Of a DNA stretch of 64,000 bases, positions 26,115 to 39,504 are shown piece after piece (position 1 is the first letter of the stretch; every line of letters begins with the position of its first letter). This DNA is from Cirrosporium novae-zelandiae. Taxonomy: Eukaryota. Where the stretch lies: positions 372,001 through 436,000 of the forward strand of contig JAPETS010000011.1 in NCBI GenBank assembly GCA_026023565.1. The letters are read 5' to 3'. The translations under genes and the position numbers were made by a program. A model generated the notes under the pieces. That model did no database searches. It was not told where the DNA came from and saw only the letters and a list, made by a program, of their open reading frames with translations.

Positions 26115-29100
26115 TTATGGTGCTTTTGCTCGGGTTTGTGGATGTTCTTTAATTGTTCACCTATGACCGACAAAGAGACCGTGTTTCGTTACAGCGACTA
26201 TGAATTGTAAGGCTTTACTATCCTTGCCCAGTTCCTCCGTTCTCATCACTTGTACCTTGTCCGCCGTTTCCTTCCTGGCTAGCCTCTGTCTCCTGGGCGT
26301 CAGTCTGGCCAGCTCCTCCCGCGTGCCGTGCCATCGCATTGGGTCTGGCGGCCTGAGCCAGGTTCCCTAAAGTTGATAATTACGCCAGAATATTTTGATC
26401 GTTCAGTCCCGCAGTGACTGCAGCGCGGTCTTGTCTCGCTCTCTTCGTTCATCGTATTCTGAGTGTGGGAGTGTTCGATCATCGGAACGCAGTGGATGAA
26501 ATTTGTTTTGATTTTTTTGTGTTAACTCAAGAATCATAAGCACACAGTTTGGATAATGATATTAAAAGTATCACCTATCAAATATCACCCACCTTTTCGT
26601 GCTATTAGGCTATGCGGATAGAGCAGCGCTTTCAACAAGGAACTAATTAATATGGCAATGGTGGAAATGGTGGTTTAGAACCCCGCCTTAATAGATAGCT
26701 TCTAAGGGTGGCAAAAACGAGACAGGTAGTACTAAGACTGCCTCACTTCTCTAGCTTGCTGCAGACCATACGAATGCTGTGAAACAGGGAAAGCGGGATA
26801 TCAGATACTTTCCGCTACCTGTTGAAGACTACTTTGACAAGACAAGACGAGGCAGCATCAACGCTAACTGAGCCAGCAAAAACTGCAGCCAACTTCCCAT
26901 TGTCAGTCAATCTGATCCCTCCTTGTCTGTTTCTATGCCAACCATTCAAGATAGAATCAGGGTAAAAAGGAGGGTTAGGCGATTTTGATATTCGCTCCCC
27001 TCCGCAGATGGTGTGGAGTGAGTGGCTGCACATCTCTACGACCTCTTGAAAAGGTAAAAGATATTTGCGATAATAATTTCCGATGCAAATATTCAACAGA
27101 TTTGATACGGTGCTATTCATAATCAGCAAAATGTTGACATCGGTTATAATAAACCTCATGTCCCCTGAACTTTGAATACAACCCGGCACCTAAACTTTCG
27201 GTTGAGTATTTGCGAATAGGACTGCACCCGACAGTTCTGTTGAAAGAAGTCGTCCATCGACTGACCGTTTCTACAAATTCTGATGAGAAACCGAAGTACT
27301 ATACAATGCAGAGAAAGTGGCCGGGTCCGCTCTGTCACAGATCTTTGAGTATATGACTGAAGAGAGGGTATTGAATATAGGTATTTAACCAACGAGCTCG
27401 CTTTTAGCTTTTGTGTTCCTACATATTCCAAACAGACGATTAATCCGGTGATATAATACCATCCCATTACTTAACCGAGCTAAACTTAGCCGTATATAAA
27501 ATAAATTATCGAAAACCATGTTCATCTGGGAATCTCTCTACATCTATCGGTCGGGTCCTCCTTGGTTCGACCATCCATCAGAGGCCGAGAATGGCTCGCC
27601 CTTGAGCGTTTAGGAATACACTTTCACCAATGAGCAAGAAGATTTTTGATGACATTGTTCCCACATGGACCGTAGAGCCCCCTTTCCCTTCCATACTCCG
27701 AACACAATCCCAATCTAACCCATCCGCCTTTAACAGCTACACGGCTACCTAGGTACATAACAAAACATTCCTCTCCCTTTCCCTCTCCCTTAAATATACT
27801 CCATTCAATATTCTTCTTCTACAGTGCTATAGCATAGCCATAGCCATGCCCCGAATCCTACCTACCATTCATAATACCATTCATAGTACCATACATAGTA
27901 CTGGTGTAGCTCCATAGCTCCATCCATGATCATAATCATGACCTGACCCTCCAAAAATCAAAATCAAAAATCAGAAATCTGGATGAAGGAGGTGGGTAGG
28001 GGGAGGGTTCCAAATCTAGATAGATAAATAGGTAGCCTCCCCCTCATCCTATCCCAACTTGTTTGTTTTATTTTCAAAAACTTGAAGGGGGGAAAGGGGG
28101 GAAAGGGAAAGGGGAGGAGGGGTGATGTATATATATATATTATCTTATATTACCTTATCTTCTCTCGTCTTGTGTTTTTTCTTATCCTGAATAATCCTAC
28201 CCCCCCCCCCCGTCAAATCTCTACCCCTAAACATCCAAACATCCAAACAACTAGACTAAATAAATAAATAATTTTAACGTATTTTTTTGTTTTTTACCCT
28301 TACCTTTACCTTGAACCCCTTCTCTCCTAAAAGGGAAAAAAAAGAGAAAGAAAAAGAAGAAAAGAGAAAATCTCAACTCGACTTTCCTCGGTGAATGTTA
28401 GGGCATGCCAAGCATCACGTCTATGCGCTTACGAAGCGCTCGCTTGGCGCCTGAGTAATCCTATAAAGAAGAACGCTACCCCACGTATTATGGGGGCAGC
28501 GTTCAACTTTTGCATCTACCTCAGAGGGGCACTCCTAAAGCTATCATCATTCTGGCATCTCGAATGCGGGACCTTATAGTATTCTAGTTAATTGTCCACT
28601 ACTTGGATAGTTATCCTATCACACAGCCTGAATTAGGCGCTGCCCTGACAATATATCATTAGTTAGAACCTTAGGCATTTCCATGACCTGAGGCTCCTTG
28701 ACAGTAAAACAAACAAACAATTCGGTTTATTTTAAAAAAAAAATATCCTATTCGGGGTGCTTCAGTTATTAATACCTTATTTGATTACCTTTCTTTACCT
28801 ACCCTACCTCACCTACGCTAGCTACTCTACTTTGCTTTGTTTGGTTTTGTTTAGATTAGATGGGGGGTTTTATATGGGATTTGGGATTTGGGATTTTGAG
28901 TTGGTGCAATTACTAGGTAGATTGATTGGAGAGAGAAAGGGGGGTTGGTTTATTTTGTTGTGGGTGTTTGTGGGGGGGTTTTCGTTGATTTGGAAATTTG
29001 GGCGTGGGTGTAGACGATGTTGGGAAGTACGATGGTTTGGTGTATTAGGTGTCCCTGTTTGCTTGTTTATTCACCTCCTTTACTTACCTACTTGCCTTGT

Positions 29101-29614
29101 TAGATTATTAGATAGCTTTTTTATATGGGATCGAGATTGGTTTTGTTGGACTGAGGTGTAGACTCTTGTAGGGGGGGCAAATGATTTTATATTATAGATT
29201 CGTAGTAGCTAGAGAGGGAGGAGGGGGCGCGTTTTGGAGATTTGAATGATGGATAGATGGCCTGGAATCTGAGGTTTTGCGTGGTTTTGGTGGTTCAGGT
29301 GGGGGTGGTTAGTTGCTGTTCTCGTCGAGAAAGAGACATAAAGAGAGCTCATGTTAGAAGGCAAGCCAACGCTCTTACCTTATTAAGCCAAAAGGACGTG
29401 GGATATCCGCTACTTGAGTGGATACCCAATGTTATAACCTGGCTGCGCCGTAATAGCTTATAATTATAGAATTATAAACTCGCAAAGATAAAAAAAAAAC
29501 AAGTTACGGTTTTTTTTAACTTTCAGGCTGATAGGCGATCAGTTCAATTAATAATAACTTATACATTTATAGTACCAAGATTTCCAAGCCGGAGCGCGGG
29601 AGGAAGAAGCCAGC

Positions 29615-29741
29615 GCCAGGAACTCAATGCAAACGCAAAGCCCTTGCTTTCCCTTCCCGAGACGCATGCTGCAGCCAAGATCTGTCTTTTGTCTCAAGTG
29701 CGTGGAGCCATAAGCGGTAATTTGGTCTTGGCCAACTTGGC
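29615..29741. promoter_or_regulatory. Distal cluster of 4 PacC consensus sites (GCCARG)
   Basis: GCCAGG 29615, GCCAAG 29674, CTTGGC 29727, CTTGGC 29736; about 3.1 kb upstream of the pacC ATG. Confidence 0.5.
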
Positions 29742-31866
29742 CCTAGGAGCTTAAATGGAAGATGAACCTACCGGAGAAAAGGTGTTGGCTTTGCATGCTA
29801 ACAGAAAAAAAAAGGATGCTGTTGCGTGTATTGTTTCGTTGTGGCATTAAGTCTGCTTTTGCTATTACGTTTGCTTTTGTGTGGTTTGGAAGATAAGGTG
29901 GATTGCGGGGGTGATTGATGCTGCCGAAGTCAGTTTCAAGGGGAGATATTTGAAATTTTTTTTGGTGAAAGTTAACGGTCATGGCGATTGAGTTGGATTT
30001 GGTGCGTATTTATTGGGAACGCTTGGATAGTATCAAAGTCTCTGGAGTGCTGATCATTGAATCGGGCGAGGATGGAGGCTGTTGTGAGTGAAGCTATAGA
30101 ATATAGAGTCGGGTTAGATTCGAGAATAGATCATAGGGAGGATGCATCCATCATGTACTGATGGAGTGGAGTAGCAACAGCGTGGAGTGCTGGATTTGAA
30201 AGATAGTGAGAGTAGCCCCCTCCCCTCATTTTAATTACTAACCTGATGCAGCGCGAAGTGGGTTGATTTCCTAGCCAAAAAAATTGGAATGATATCTTGT
30301 ACAGTGCTATAGACCCCAAAGAATCCAGAGGTTCCAAACCTATAACATGAATTGCAAGTAATATTTGGTGGGGTTGGCCAATGATGTGGAGAGGGAAATG
30401 ATTGATTGTAGATCGCGTCAGGCTGCGCCTCCACGGGCGAAAAGTTTATAAAGAATCCAACAAAAAGTAGCTGCGAAAAAAAAGAAATCAAAATGAGTCC
30501 TTGAAATAAATGTCCAAGAGGGCATATGTCTAGTATCCAAAAATCACAAAAGGGAAATTATATGGAGAAAATGGAACTGGCGGAACCGTCGGGATTAAAC
30601 AATACGCTAATCTTAAATGCTTGTTTCGCATCATCGGTATTCCTAATCTTTGCTTTAAAGAATCACTGGATTGCTGTTTGAATGTTTGAATAATAATAAT
30701 AATAATAATAGTAACAATAATAGCGTTCTGCTTCGTATTTGGTATCGCATTCCTGTTGAGATGATTGAACTTTATTTCTCTCATCACGAGAAAATTAATT
30801 GGTTATTGGCGTATTGTACTGTATTTGACTAGTAATATTTGAATACAATTCACCTGGTTAATTAGCCCAAGTCTTTCTTCGGATGGTAGAGACCAAGGCT
30901 TGAATGTAGCAGTATCGTCAGCATTATTTGTATCCAGTGAGATTTCATGATTCAGTAGATACAAGAATGGGACTTGTTAACAAAGTTAGTAACACATGAT
31001 ATGAATTGCAATGAGCATAGCCATGGTATACCGATCAATGTTAAAGGCCACATAGAATCGACTCTGAGGGATAGAATAACTAGATTGGTTCTATCTAGAG
31101 TCGGTGGGCAGCCGATGGACCTATAGAGTCACAAACAGGTTGCAAATGATCAAAGTAGAGGAGAGTGAGCCAGGTTGATACGATAAGCGGGAGACGAGAG
31201 CATGAAGGTGGGAAAGGTAAGATAATATATTCATATTAACCATTTCAAAAATGGTTAATGATCAATGTGGCTTTCTTTCAACGTATAGGACAATCGGACC
31301 GTTGAATAGAACGGCTTTGATGATAAATTGGGTTGACAACTTATGGCTTGAAGGCTGTCGGAGACTATGATAAATACCTTAAGGTAGGCAAACAACCGAA
31401 ATGCTCATGGAAGGATTTACTCCAAAATCGTTTCTATCTAGTCACACAAGATTCAAAAAGCCAAAAGGTTCAAAGAACAAAAAAGGTGGACGAATCTGTA
31501 CTCATCACCCGAGATAATAATTAATTATTAGTGCATTATCTTTTCTTTCAGCTTTTCAGCTGCTTCTCGGTTCGGTACCTCGCTCCCTCAACTGTGGTCT
31601 CTCGGTAACACAGGATTTGTTTAAACAAGAAATTGAATTTTGGAAATCTTGTAACTTACCATTTAATTAAGCTGCAGGTCTGGCCATGCACGTTGAAAAC
31701 CGTTTTGGAAAATGCTTGAGGAATATGTTGAGGGGATTGTTCGAGGCAGTGCATCAGGATGGATGCATGAGACTCGAACAAAACTCTCATTTTGGAGGGG
31801 GGCATTACGAGTCCAGGAAATTCATGGGCATTTTTATTCGATCTCACCAAGTCTTACTGCATTATT

Positions 31867-32799
31867 GCCAAGGTTCAGCCAAGCAGCCAAGTGGTCGGAA
31901 ATCTTGGCCCAAAGTTGCCCAGCATTGCCCAGAGCGGAATATAAGCCAAGATGGCAGCCAAGAGGTCGGGGGTTTGCGATATCATGGGATACCTAGGTTG
32001 AAGTATACTTAGGGGTACTCAGTAGCACCCCTGGCTCTCGCTAGACAAAATGACCAGAGAGAGATTGGAAATTGTGTCATTGGCCATTACTCCAAATACC
32101 GTCATGTCCTGTAATATACCCGCAAAAGATAAAATGAAATCGATGATGCTTCGTATCGGAGGCGGTGCCACTCTTGGCATTCGGAAACGAACCAGTAAAA
32201 TGGCCAAGAAAGCCAAGGAAGGCGGGATTCGGGGAAACTTAGTCTGCAAGCCATCAATGGTTCCAATGGCCCTATCACCCATCAAAGGAGAAAAGCAAGG
32301 GAAGAAAAATAAAAATGAATCCGATCCGCGTTTGAAGCCATTCAGGATTCAGCCAAGTAAGACCAAGTAAAAAATTCAAGCGTAATTATTGTTTAAAGGA
32401 CTAAGAGCTAAGTTAACGAGGGGCTTCTCTTATTTATTTATTTATTTTTTCCCACAAAAAGGGAGGGAGGGAATGCCCAGACTTTTTCTCCTCGTTCCTC
32501 TCCCCGTGGAATACATAGAGAACCGTGTTGCCGTTTGTTTCCAATTTTCCCCCCCCAATACCTTGGCCAATTTTCCCTTGGTTTAATCCTCCAAGAACGC
32601 CGACTTCACTCCCCAAACACTGATACATTGATACCTTTTGCCCAAGGCTTTTGCCGTCCACCGCCGACACAAGCCAACACCCCAACTTCTTTCTCCCCGC
32701 CCTCACATCAACAACTCTTTATTGAGACAAATACATTTAATTTCATTGCTTTCAACACCCTATTTCCGGAGAAAGCCGAACGCTAAATTTGGGCTTGGC
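31867..32799. promoter_or_regulatory. pacC promoter with 13 PacC consensus sites (autoregulation)
   Basis: GCCAAG at 31867, 31878, 31886, 31945, 31957, 32203, 32212, 32352; CTTGGC at 31903, 32173, 32562, 32794; CCTGGC at 32030. Confidence 0.85.
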
Positions 32800-32826
32800 A
32801 ATATCACGTGTTCATAATTCTTAGCC

Positions 32827-34803
32827 ATGTCCTCCATGTCGCAGGACGATGCCAAGCCTCAGTTGGATCAGACTCAGGCTGATGGCCCTTCTCAACCACC
32901 ACCACCTCAAGCTCAACAACCCACTCCACCGGCAGCACCGAACAATAATGGCACCGGAAATAATAATGCTACAGCTTCGACCGAGCTTCAATGTCAATGG
33001 CTCGATTGCAGTGAACGATGTCCCACTGCCGAGAAGCTTTATGTGAGTTGAACTTTACCACCATTTCATTAAATAGTTTTGAATACTGACTCACCTCAAA
33101 AGGACCATGTTTGCGAACGGCATGTTGGCCGCAAAAGTACCAATAACCTGAACCTGACTTGTCACTGGGGTACTTGTCGTGTTTCTACTGTCAAAAGAGA
33201 TCACATTACCTCTCATATCCGAGTCCATGTTCCCCTCAAACCACATCACTGTGATTTCTGTGGCAAAGCATTCAAACGCCCCCAAGACTTAAAGAAACAT
33301 GTAAAAACTCATGCCGATGATTCTGTCCTTCTCAAATCACCAGAACCAAATGGTGGTGCCAGCAGGCCACCAATGATGTATAACATGACCGGGCGACGTA
33401 AGTTTCCATACCCTTTGTTTCATCCGTTGGAGATTTCCGTGCTGGCTCAATCGGATAGCTAACGGATCTTTATAGCACTTCCTGGCTATTATGACGCATC
33501 TCTCCAGAACCAGGCACCTCAAGGTTACGGGCATCCAAACCAAAATTATTTCCCAATGGCACCTCAACCACCACAACAATACACGACACCCGTCTACTAT
33601 ACTCCTCCGGCTAATAACCCCAATAATTTGGCTGCATATGAGACGCAGAAACGTGGACTGGAGGCTCTTGACCAGCTCCTGGGTGATGCAAAACGCCGAC
33701 AATTTGATCCCACTAGTTACAACTCTATGAGCCAGCGCCTGGTTGCTCTTCACGGGCTTCCGCTACCGATCGCTCATGCTAGTGTCGGCGGCTATGAACC
33801 ACAGCCAGCTGCTATGGTGGCTGTTGATGGAAACCCAACATACCAACATTATGCTCTTCCTCCCATGTCAAATATCCGAACGAAGAGTGACTTGGTCGAA
33901 ATTGGCAATGTGCTTGAACAGATGCAGCAAGCTGCCTACGAAAATCCCGCCCAATCTGCTGCTGCGGGCACTGCTTTGCCTGGAGCACATTATATCAGTG
34001 GAGCAACAACTTATCGGACTAGCTATTCTCCCCCGATGAACCCTACTACCACTCATGCAGCCGATCATTCTGCAACTACGGCATGCGCTTCGGATTCTGC
34101 TAGTACTCCTGGCGTTTCGCCTCCTTCTAGCGCTCATTCCCACACTTCGGGGCATTCCCCACTTTCGGTGGCATCTGGGTCCCACTCTGCTGTTTCACCA
34201 CTGCCACCAAGTGGTTCAACCTTATATCCCACTCTTCCTGCGACAACAGCTCATGATGGCTACTCCACCTCTAACACTGCTCCCGCCTCTGCTCTCGGCA
34301 CATCCTTTAGCAATGATCATGCGCGTCGTTATAGTGGTGGAATGCTTCAAAGAGCGCAGCCTATGCATGAGGATCGTATGGACACCGACGATGCTTCCGT
34401 CGCTGCGAAGAGTTCGGCTTCGACTACACCAACAATGCACTCTCCCATGATTTCGGTCCAGTCGTCACCTCCAGTTGCCAAGAAGGAAATTTCGGCTAGT
34501 GTCATCGACCCTGCTCTTGTCGATGACGACCTGTCGTCGCCATCATCTGAGGGAAATGAGGAACAAAGCTGGGTGAAGAATATACGGATTCTTGAATATC
34601 TTCGCTTCTTGGTTGACCAGGAACTTGAGAGTCCAGAGTTTAAAAAGAATGAAAAAGAGAATCAAGATCATGAGATGACTGACGCACATGACCATGAAGG
34701 CCACGATGATCATCCTAGTCCCATGAAAGAAGATCATTCATTTGATAGCGACAGTCTTTACCCTCGCCTTCAGGAAGCTCTCGCGCAATCAAATGCTTCT
34801 TAG
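32827..34803 (+). CDS. pacC: pH-response C2H2 zinc-finger transcription factor PacC/Rim101; exons 32827..33042, 33103..33397, 33476..34803
   Basis: Three fingers: CQWLDC...[27 protein letters not shown]...[40 protein letters not shown]. Two YPxL PalA-binding motifs (LYPTL, LYPRL), [11 protein letters not shown], and a signalling-protease-box-like [15 protein letters not shown]. Confidence 0.97.
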
Positions 34804-36096
34804 TTGGCTTATCCCTTAAGGCGTCCCGGATAGCTCACACCAATCGGGGTCAAATTAGACGGTTGGTTAGTCCAATGACAGGGTTTTGAGGCTCAACGTT
34901 ATGCAGCAAAAAATCGATGCTTAACACTGCCTAGAAATAGTGAAGTGATCTCATAGTCCTTACATCATGTCCTTGTTAGCGCGAGCCATTCAGAGACGGT
35001 TTAGGGGATCAGAGCCTTTTGATATACTTTCCGGGGATATATTTTGTCGCAGTAGGTGTATTTTCAGGTGGTTTTCTTACGTCACGAAAGGATGAAAAAT
35101 AGGGTTGGACTTGCATGATAGCGCAATGTTGTTAAAATCTTCCCATGGCGTATATGGAGTAAGGCGTACTTGTCGTCGTGGAGCGCTTTGTGCGCCATTT
35201 CGAGTCGGAACAGCTGCAGGGAGTCGTTGATTGTGTGTGATGAGATACCCTTGGCAACAAATGCGCCCATCGCTATGGAATCTCATTATCGGTATCTCGC
35301 GTTATGTTCTTGGTTCTAGTCTTGCGAGGTCTAGCTTTCGCTATGCAAAATGTAATTGTCCAGTAGCTTTTATTATCATCGGCCCTGATTGTAGACAACT
35401 CAGTTCTCATTGGCTGTGATACGATATGCACCTAGAGAGATCTACAGAACAATTGAAAAGGCAAGGACACGTCTTAATAAAACTATGCGATTATGCAAAC
35501 CTACAAATCATAGTCAGCTATTTACATGCGGGGATTTAACAGAACGAGGCCTACAATCCAGCTGGCCTTTTGATCGGTCCGACATATATTATTGAAGGTT
35601 ATGTTTGCTTACCTGTACTGCGTAGTGTAGATAGCTTTGGCTGATTATTTGCTACAGCAGCCTTGTCAATAATAGCACGAGGACGGATATATAAAATGCA
35701 CAGACAGCAACGAATTTGGTGCCACTCTCCAGGCGGGGAACTCAGGCAGTCCGGCATTTTTCAACTGACTTTGGCGTCATTACCCTTGCCCTCTCACATC
35801 ACTACTAGGAACAAGAGTAGGACGTCAAAACAAACTCAGCCCCGCAAAAGGGAAGTCGAAATGGTTAAAACCGTGGCTCGTTAGCTTCTCAATAGAGATG
35901 AGATTCCTATTTACATGCTCTTTTGTTTCCATCTTTCGAATGGAACTCTTTTTCAGGAAGACTATAGGTCATCGGGCCGCAGGCTCTATCGACAGCAATT
36001 CTCTTCCTTTGAAGAATCTAATTGTGATTTTTCAATTCATTTGATCCAAGTACGAGTACCAGCTACTCACCGCATAATTGCTAGTTAGCCTTCAAG

Positions 36097-38457
36097 ATGG
36101 CTACTCAAACAATGCACGCCTCTCCTGGAACCCCTTCCATGCCCGCCAACCCTCATACCGGCTCGACATCTCATCACAGATCGAAGAAGCCCTGGAGACA
36201 AGTCAGTCGCCACTCCTTTCACAGCTCGCGTTCCTACGAAGCCAATGAAGAAAGTCAGGAATACCTGTCGCAACAAGCAACGCACACCACTCGCTCGTCC
36301 CGACCACGTAGGCCGAAATGGTGGAAGGTTAGATTTTTTAGGGGTATGATAAAGGACGTGAAGAGGCGGCTACCGTTCTACTGGAGTGATTGGACAGATG
36401 CGTGGGATTATAGGGTCGTGCCAGCGACTATTTACATGTATTTTGCGAAGTATGCTTCTGTTCCCTCCATTAGCGCCCTTTGAGCGTGATTGCCGAACTG
36501 CAGGTTCTCTACGGCTTTGAAGAAAAGAAAATAATATTAATCAAACTTACATTTCTCATTGCACTTCATTTCCAATGGGTTTCCTAGGAATTGGAATTCC
36601 GGACGCTTACAAGACCCCACAGCATTCTTCCAGCCCTCGCTTTCTCGCTGGACATGTTTTCAAAAACAGATGAGAGTTTCGGTGTGAATGAGGTGCTCCT
36701 GGCCTCAGTTCTAGGGTCGGTCGTGTTCTCTGTATTTGCTGCACAGCCGTTGACTATCGTGGGAGTCACCGGTAAGAATGTACTCGTCAGATTGATCCGA
36801 AGAACGGTTGTTGATGCCTCCAGGTCCAATAACTGTCTTTAACTATACAGTTTATGATATCATTCACCCCATGGGTATCAATTACTTTGCCTTTTTGTGC
36901 TGGATCGGCTTGTGAGCGATACCGAATTTCATATCTTATCTACTCTAACAATATTAGGTGGTCTTTGGTGATGCATTGGATCCTCGCCATCACCAATGCT
37001 TGCAATGGGCTTACGTACGTGACCCGGTTCTCCTGCGACATTTTTGGCTTCTACGTTGCCTTTATCTACCTTCAAAAGGGAATCCAGGTTCTAGTCCGAC
37101 AATGGTCTCTCTCAGACCCAACTGCAGCCTATCTTTCGATTACAGTCGCTCTCCTAGTTCTAGGAGCCGGATACATATGCGGTTTGATTGGGAACAGCAA
37201 TCTCTTCCAGCGTACTATCCGAAAATTTATTGAAGACTATGGCACCCCTTTAACAATTGTCTTCTTTACGGGTTTTGTGCATATTGGACGTATGAAGGGG
37301 GTAGATTTGACGACTTTGCCGACTAGCAAGGCCTTCTTTCCTACGCCCGACCGTGGTTGGTTTGTCCATTTCTGGGATATCGGCGTAGGGGACGTTTTCT
37401 TAGCTATACCATTCGCATTTCTACTTACTATCCTCTTCTATTTTGATCATAATGGTAAATCATCCTTCACAAACTGGCAATTCGTGTTTAACCTGTCATA
37501 GTATCGTCCTTGATCGCCCAGGGAACAGAATTTCCCCTTCGAAAGCCTGCGGGGTTTCACTGGGACATATTCCTCCTCGGCCTTACTACTGGCATAGCAG
37601 GTTTGCTAGGAATTCCCTTTCCTAATGGTCTCATTCCTCAAGCCCCATTTCATACCAACTCTCTCTGCGTAACCCGCCAAATTGCCGATGAGGATGATAG
37701 TAACAAGGGTAAAACTCAACGTGTTGTTGACCACGTAGTTGAACAACGGGTCAGCAATCTCGCTCAAGGATTGCTTACCCTTGGCACCATGACCGGTCCT
37801 CTTCTCATTGTCTTGCATCTTATCCCGCAGGGCGTACTCGCGGGCCTTTTCTTCATTATGGGCGTCCAAGCCCTCGAAGGCAACGGCATCACATTGAAGA
37901 TACTCTATCTCTGCAAAGACCGCTCTTTGACTGCCCGAAGTGACCTCCTTGGCCGCATCGAACGTAAACAAGCCATCTGGGTCTTTGTTGCCACTGAGCT
38001 TATAAGCTTTGGCGCTACATTTGCCATCACCCAAACGATCGCGGCGATTGGATTTCCCATCATCATCTTTTTGCTTGTTCCGTTCCGCACGTTCCTTATG
38101 CCTAAGTACTTTACACAGCAAGAATTAGGCATTTTGGATGCACCTACGGCTTCACCATTCACAATGGAATCCGTGGGGGGTGTCTACGGTGATGAAGAAA
38201 ATTCTCTCCCAGTCAGCGAAGGCGAGGAGGAGGATACGAGTAGTAGAGATAATAGTGGAAAAGATAGTGGAATGGATACATATGATGAAGGGGATCTTTC
38301 AGAGAGGGGTTTGGCGCCTGGGGTGAAAGGTACCAGGAAAAGTTTTAGAAGTGAGGAGACGGACGGCGCGATTGAGATGCAAAGGCTCTCAGCGGCGGCG
38401 AAAGCTAGGAGAAGGAGCTCAAACAGAAGAGAAGGAGAACCGAGTGGGGAGATGTAG
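36097..38457 (+). CDS. BOR1: Bor1/SLC4-family borate/bicarbonate anion transporter; exons 36097..36449, 36623..36771, 36824..36911, 36958..37454, 37502..38457
   Basis: RRLPFYWSDWTDAWDYRVVPATIYMYFAN|ILPALAF, AQPLTIVGVTG|PIT, VTRFSCDIFG, LFYFDHN|VSSLIAQGTEFPLRKPAGFHWD, NGLIPQAPFHT, VVEQRVSNLAQG. Four GT-AG introns restore the frame. Confidence 0.92.
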
Positions 38458-39504
38458 AAATGTTCGTCCGGCAAAATGGGATCGGTATCAATGCTCAACT
38501 AAATACAGAACATTTTTACAGGATATGATGGTGGAGTGTACCAAAGTATATAATGAATAAACGGGTGTTGTTTAATTACTGCATCTGTTGTTATCATTAT
38601 TGTTGTTGTTGTTGGAGGGAAAAAGGGAACGTTTTCGGAAAAGGGTTTAGTGAACGTGATGAACTATGATATCATCATTGGCACGCATAGTTTACCTTTT
38701 GCCAAAAAGCGATTCAAATGTTTTTTTGGTCTTGCAATTCGGTCGATAAACAACATTCTCGATATTATTCTCACGTCGGTGTGTCGACGACCTATAACCG
38801 GTACGCTTTCTAGTGAGGGGAAAGGAATTAGTATGGCGCAAGTTTGTGGCAAATGGTAAAGTTCTGTACTCATTATACCTAATTCGGAGTAGCAGTAATT
38901 ATATTCTCTTCGTTCTCTTCTTACTTATGAAAAAATAATAATTTTCACTGTCAACAAAGCCTAGCCTCAGTTTGTTAAGAAAATAATACCCCCAGTTCTT
39001 TTTCTTTCTCTTCCCCTCTCTCTCCCCCTCCTCCTCTCTTTTTAATCATCCAACTTATTTGTTATATTTTCCTTGTGTGTGTACCCACTATAGACCTTAG
39101 GCTTTCGCGTACCGGCCGATTGAAAAAAAAAGAACGGCGCGGCTGTGGTCGCGTAACCTCCCACTTTACCTCACACAACCACTTTATCGATACCAGTTTA
39201 CCTTTTACCCATCACTAAACTTGTTCTTTTTACCTATTAAGAGTATTAAATCCAAATTACTAGGTTAGTATTTCCTTCTTGCAATATTCCAAGCAAACTA
39301 TTCTTTGATTGATGTGTCTGCCTGTTTGTCTGCTTGCAACGTTGCAGGTGGAACATGGTCGGACTTAATCTTGTCAACACCCGTCAGATTCAAATTGCCC
39401 ATGATGACAGTCATCACTCGTCTCAGCCTTGCACACTTTTGACAGACTCTGACTGACCTTTGCGCCTGAATATATATAGGAACCATTGAAACGCTATTGT
39501 CAAC

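Noticed and set aside
31686..32370. ORFs of about 100 aa upstream of pacC
   Set aside because: They coincide with the GCCAAG-rich promoter; better explained as regulatory DNA.
34804..36096. PacC regulation of the adjacent Bor1 transporter
   Set aside because: Only one GCCARG site seen (CTTGGC at 35250), about chance level.
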